The position numbers were made by a program, and so were the translations under genes. Below the pieces are notes generated by a model, which saw only the letters and a program-made list of their open reading frames with translations, ran no database searches and had not been told where the DNA came from. From NCBI RefSeq assembly GCF_000196355.1, contig NC_007614.1, positions 2,700,001 through 2,732,000 on the forward strand: a stretch of DNA of 32,000 nucleotides, in the 5' to 3' direction. Numbering within the stretch: position 1 is the first letter of the stretch; each line of letters starts with the position of its first letter. Shown piece after piece: positions 29,016-32,000 of the stretch. The DNA is from Nitrosospira multiformis ATCC 25196. GTDB lineage: Bacteria > Pseudomonadota > Gammaproteobacteria > Burkholderiales > Nitrosomonadaceae.

Positions 29016-29251
29016 CTGCCTAGGGTGGATGAATAAATTCGGGGAAGGAGAGAATTTACCCTGTCTGGAGGTTGCGGAATCGCGGTGCTCCGGTTCGAGC
29101 AGGGCAGATGCGGGAACACAGAGATTAGCCAGCGATGTTGCCTTAAGCTGTTGCACAGCCCACTCCGGACAGGTCAGAAAGCTGGCTTGCCCTGTAGGGG
29201 CTGGCTGGCTGAAAACCAAAAAAGTAAAAAGGTGAACAAACTCGAACAAGG

Positions 29252-29277
29252 GCCGCTGGAAAAAGAAATCCAGCGGC
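29252..29277 (-). terminator. Candidate intrinsic terminator after bfr
   Basis: Perfect 9-bp stem GCCGCTGGA / TCCAGCGGC with an 8-nt loop, starting 12 nt after the bfr stop. On the minus strand it is followed by the moderately U-rich CCUUGUUCGAGUUUGUU. Confidence 0.55.
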
Positions 29278-29289
29278 ACATAAACAAGT

Positions 29290-29754
29290 CTACATCTGGC
29301 TCTGCAGCCAGTTCTGGATACCCACTTTCTGCATCACATCCAGCTGCGTTTCCAGCCAGTCGATATGGCCTTCGGTATCTTCCAGGATTTCTTTCAGAAG
29401 CTCCCGCGAAACATAATCCTTCGCCGCTTCACACGCAGCGATGCCGCCAAGCAGCGTTTCGCGTGAAATCATTTCAAGCCTGAGGTCGCAGTCAACGCAT
29501 TCCTCCGCTTTCTCACCAATCAGAAGCTTGCCCAGTTCCTGCAGGTTGGGCAACCCTTCCAGAAACAGGATACGCTTGATGAGCATATCGGCATGCTTCA
29601 TCTCTTCTATGGATTCCTCATATTCCAGCTTGCCAAGCTTGTCGAAGCCCCAGTTTTCGTACATGCGGGCATGAAGGAAATACTGATTGATGGCCGTCAA
29701 TTCATGCTGCAATTGGCGGTTAAGCCACTGGATAATGTCTGCGTTGCTCTTCAT
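29290..29754 (-). CDS. bfr: Bacterioferritin
   Basis: 154 aa, collinear with E. coli Bfr (AINQYFLHARM, EESIEEMKHAD with the haem-ligand Met, RILFLEGLPNLQ, EGHIDWLETQL). AGGAGG SD lies 6 nt upstream. Confidence 0.95.
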   Translation of the reverse strand: MKSNADIIQWLNRQLQHELTAINQYFLHARMYENWGFDKLGKLEYEESIEEMKHADMLIKRILFLEGLPNLQELGKLLIGEKAEECVDCDLRLEMISRETLLGGIAACEAAKDYVSRELLKEILEDTEGHIDWLETQLDVMQKVGIQNWLQSQM

Positions 29755-29794
29755 GTATGCCTCCTCAGGCGAGATCTCGAATGAACGAGTGGGT

Positions 29795-29992
29795 TTATGT
29801 GGAATGGTGTTGAACCAGGTTTTTCTGCATCAGTGCCTTTTCCAGGACCTCCTTCGCGTGGCACGCGCATATTCCGCACTGCTCGCTCACACCCAGGCAA
29901 GTCTTTAAGTCCCGCATCCGGTCGGCCCCTCGATGAATGACGGCCTCCCGGATGGCGGTATCGGTTACACCTTTGCAGACACAAATATACAT
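29795..29992 (-). CDS. bfd: Bacterioferritin-associated ferredoxin (BFD-like [2Fe-2S])
   Basis: 65 aa MYICVCKGVTDTAIREA...CLGVSEQCGICACHAKE, showing the C-x-C ... C-x-x-C BFD pattern. It sits immediately upstream of bfr. Confidence 0.9.
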   Translation of the reverse strand: MYICVCKGVTDTAIREAVIHRGADRMRDLKTCLGVSEQCGICACHAKEVLEKALMQKNLVQHHST

Positions 29993-30040
29993 GATGAGCG
30001 CCCTAAGTCTACTATTCCTGCTATTCGTCCAGTATTTCTG

Positions 30041-30226
30041 CTATTTGGTTAAAATGAGCTTACCGTTACGGGTACGCCGCAAGCGATATTGTTCGCCCTG
30101 ATGCTGGATAAACACCTCATCACCGTGGGAAAACAGCGCATCGCTATAGATGCATCGAGTCCGATCCAGCATGACGAACTTTTGTTTATCCGCGTTGGTT
30201 TCAGGAACTGTGAGTAACTTATCCAT
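30041..30226 (-). CDS. hemP: Hemin-uptake protein HemP-like small protein
   Basis: 61 aa from ATG 30226. The C-terminus HQGEQYRLRRTRNGKLILTK matches the HemP signature (...GKLILTK). The ORF-track extension to 30325 would run through the promoter and Fur box. Confidence 0.8.
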   Translation of the reverse strand: MDKLLTVPETNADKQKFVMLDRTRCIYSDALFSHGDEVFIQHQGEQYRLRRTRNGKLILTK

Positions 30227-30244
30227 GGCGCCGCTTCCGCAGTT

Positions 30245-30270
30245 ATTAATGAGAATGATTCGTATTATAG
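30245..30270 (-). promoter_or_regulatory. Fur-box-like site overlapping the -10 (TATAAT) of the hemP-bfd-bfr promoter
   Basis: ATTAATGAGAATGATTCGT (30245-30263) matches the Fur consensus at about 12/19 by manual alignment. The minus strand reads TTGCAT-N16-TATAAT (the -10 is at 30269-30264), 38 nt upstream of the hemP ATG. Confidence 0.6.
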
Positions 30271-30544
30271 GCGACTTTGGGTGAAATGCAAGAAGTGAAT
30301 AAAAAATTTTCTTGATATTTTTCAACAGATCGGTCGAAGGATCGCAAGTGATTTGCGTTGACCCCAGGTGTAGAATCAGATACTCCTATCCGGTAGGGTT
30401 ATCGTCGGTATAATATCCTCGGTCAGCATATGATTTATTTTCGCATCACACCCTGCAACATCACCATTATTCGCATCCTGCAGGCTCGCATGGATACTTC
30501 CCGTCATCTGTAGAACACCCGCGCAAAGCTGTCCTGTGCGCTAA

Positions 30545-31366
30545 ATGCAAAATTTTTCCATTCTTCCACATGAAATGGCCGCAAGTCTCTGGCGCAACAG
30601 AGATTTGATTGTCGCGCTTACCAAACGTGAAGTCATCGGGCGCTACCGCGGCTCTGTCATGGGCATGGCGTGGTCCTTCTTCAACCCATTGCTCATGCTC
30701 GTGATTTATACGTTCGTATTTTCAGTGGTGTTCAAGGCGCGCTGGGGAGTGGGTGGAGAAGAAAGCAAAGCAGATTTCGCGATTATTCTTTTTGTCGGCA
30801 TGATCGTGCATGGCCTGTTCGCCGAGTGCATCAACCGCGCACCCGCCTTGATCCTGTCGAACGTCAATTACGTGAAAAAAGTCATTTTCCCGCTGGAAAT
30901 ACTCCCTTGGGTAGCATTCGGCTCCGCGCTGTTTCACACGGTTATCAGCGTTGGCGTGCTGTTGCTGGCACAGCTCCTTATCAGCCATCAACTGCCCTGG
31001 ACTGTGATCCTTTTTCCCTTGGTCCTGCTTCCGCTCATTTTTATTTCGATGGGCTTTGCCTGGTTCCTGGCAGCCTTTGGCGTATTCGTGCGCGATATCG
31101 GACAGCTCACGGGAATGTTCACCACCGTGCTATTGTTTCTTTCCCCCGTGTTTTACCCCTTGAGCATCCTGCCTGAAAAATACCAGGGTTTATTACAGCT
31201 TAACCCGCTTGCGTTCATCATCGAGGAAGGAAGAAAGGTGCTCGTCTTCGGACAACTGCCGGACTTCGGTCACTGGAGCACCATGATGATTGCCTCCTTG
31301 CTGATGGCATGGGCAGGATTCGCCTGGTTTCAGAAAACCCGCAAGGGATTTGCCGATGTTCTCTGA
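30545..31366 (+). CDS. wzm: ABC-2 type polysaccharide/O-antigen/teichoic-acid exporter permease (Wzm/TagG-like)
   Basis: 273 aa with six predicted TM helices and the typical N-terminus RNRDLIVALTKREVIGRYRGSVMGMAWSFFNPLLM. It overlaps the downstream ATPase gene by 11 nt. Confidence 0.85.
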   Translation: MQNFSILPHEMAASLWRNRDLIVALTKREVIGRYRGSVMGMAWSFFNPLLMLVIYTFVFSVVFKARWGVGGEESKADFAIILFVGMIVHGLFAECINRAPALILSNVNYVKKVIFPLEILPWVAFGSALFHTVISVGVLLLAQLLISHQLPWTVILFPLVLLPLIFISMGFAWFLAAFGVFVRDIGQLTGMFTTVLLFLSPVFYPLSILPEKYQGLLQLNPLAFIIEEGRKVLVFGQLPDFGHWSTMMIASLLMAWAGFAWFQKTRKGFADVL

Positions 31367-32000
31367 AGGAGAAAACGTCGCCAAAGCGACAATCCCGCTC
31401 GCTCTTGAATCAGCGGAGAAGAATCTCGAAACGAGCAACGAAAATGAAAAGGCAAGGAGAAGTTCCAGTGATACCGCCATCAGTGTTCGTGGCATTTCAA
31501 AATGCTACCAAATCTATGACGCACCTCGCGATCGGCTAAAGCAATTCATCATCCCGCGTCTTCGCCTGGCGAGACAACAGTCTCGCCAGTATTTCCGCGA
31601 GTTCTGGGCGCTCAAGGGTATCTCCTTTGAAGTAAGGAAAGGTGAAACGGTAGGCATCATTGGCCGTAATGGATCAGGCAAATCTACGCTATTGCAGATA
31701 ATCTGCGGCACCCTGACGCCGACGGCGGGAAGCGTAGAAACGAGGGGGCGCATTGCCGCCTTGCTGGAGTTAGGCTCCGGCTTCAATCCCGAATTTACGG
31801 GACGTGAAAACATCTACATGAATGGCGCAGTACTTGGATTGACTCGCGAGGAAATCGACGACCGCTTTGACTCGATCGTATCGTTTGCAGACATTGGGCA
31901 GTTCATCGACCAGCCAGTCAAGACCTATTCGAGCGGCATGTCCGTGCGCCTTGCTTTTGCGGTGCAGGCTCAGGTTGATCCGGATATCCTGATCGTGGAC
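31356..32000 (+). CDS. wzt: ABC transporter ATP-binding protein (Wzt/TagH-like), N-terminal 215 codons; continues past the window end
   Basis: My own translation from ATG 31356 gives MFSEGENVAK...ISVRGISKCYQIYDAPRDRLKQF...GETVGIIGRNGSGKSTLLQII (Walker A)...ELGSGFNPEFTGRENIY...YSSGMSVRLAFAVQAQVDPDILIVD (signature + Walker B). There are no in-frame stops to position 32000. It is absent from the ORF track because it is truncated. Confidence 0.9.
   Translation, partial: MFSEGENVAKATIPLALESAEKNLETSNENEKARRSSSDTAISVRGISKCYQIYDAPRDRLKQFIIPRLRLARQQSRQYFREFWALKGISFEVRKGETVGIIGRNGSGKSTLLQIICGTLTPTAGSVETRGRIAALLELGSGFNPEFTGRENIYMNGAVLGLTREEIDDRFDSIVSFADIGQFIDQPVKTYSSGMSVRLAFAVQAQVDPDILIVD

Noticed and set aside
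30389-30396. ops/JUMPstart-like TCCGGTAG upstream of the wzm/wzt exporter genes
   Set aside because: It matches only 6/8 of GGCGGTAG. It also lies upstream of the only good -10 (TATAAT at 30409-30414), so it would probably not be in the transcript.
1-32000. Scan for tRNA/rRNA genes, CRISPR arrays, IS elements, integrases, and toxin-antitoxin or known defence genes
   Set aside because: I found no T-loop or acceptor-like tRNA signatures, no regularly spaced direct repeats, and no transposase-, integrase- or defence-like translations in any listed ORF. This absence is judged by eye only.

Overview
The window appears to be a proteobacterial chromosomal segment, probably beta- or gammaproteobacterial; I cannot name a species from the sequence alone. 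About 54% GC by eye.

Positions 1-17.4 kb are ordinary housekeeping DNA, almost all on the minus strand. They hold the conserved block der-bamB-yfgM-hisS-ispG-rodZ-rlmN-ndk, in the same order as E. coli. This is followed by an exported ChaN/PDZ + M1-peptidase gene pair, purL, and a divergent nnr.

Positions 17.4-32 kb are more accessory. They contain:
- an orphan single-domain response regulator divergent from a Crp/Fnr regulator;
- a 2-Cys peroxiredoxin + ferritin-like pair;
- a solo LuxI-type AHL synthase with a near-perfect lux box and no LuxR in the window. It is translationally coupled to a degenerate receiver-like protein and followed by two orphan small ORFs with strong Shine-Dalgarno (SD) sites;
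- about 600 bp of unexplained DNA;
- an iron block with three Fur-box-like sites: two-domain multicopper oxidase - DUF4198 - PepSY_TM - TonB-dependent receptor, a DUF2325 protein, and hemP-bfd-bfr;
- the start of a polysaccharide-type ABC exporter (wzm/wzt-like).

I saw no tRNA, rRNA, CRISPR array, transposase or integrase. The most interesting candidate is the luxI neighbourhood (20.8-23.2 kb). All calls rest on reading the translations and the DNA by eye; no database search was run.
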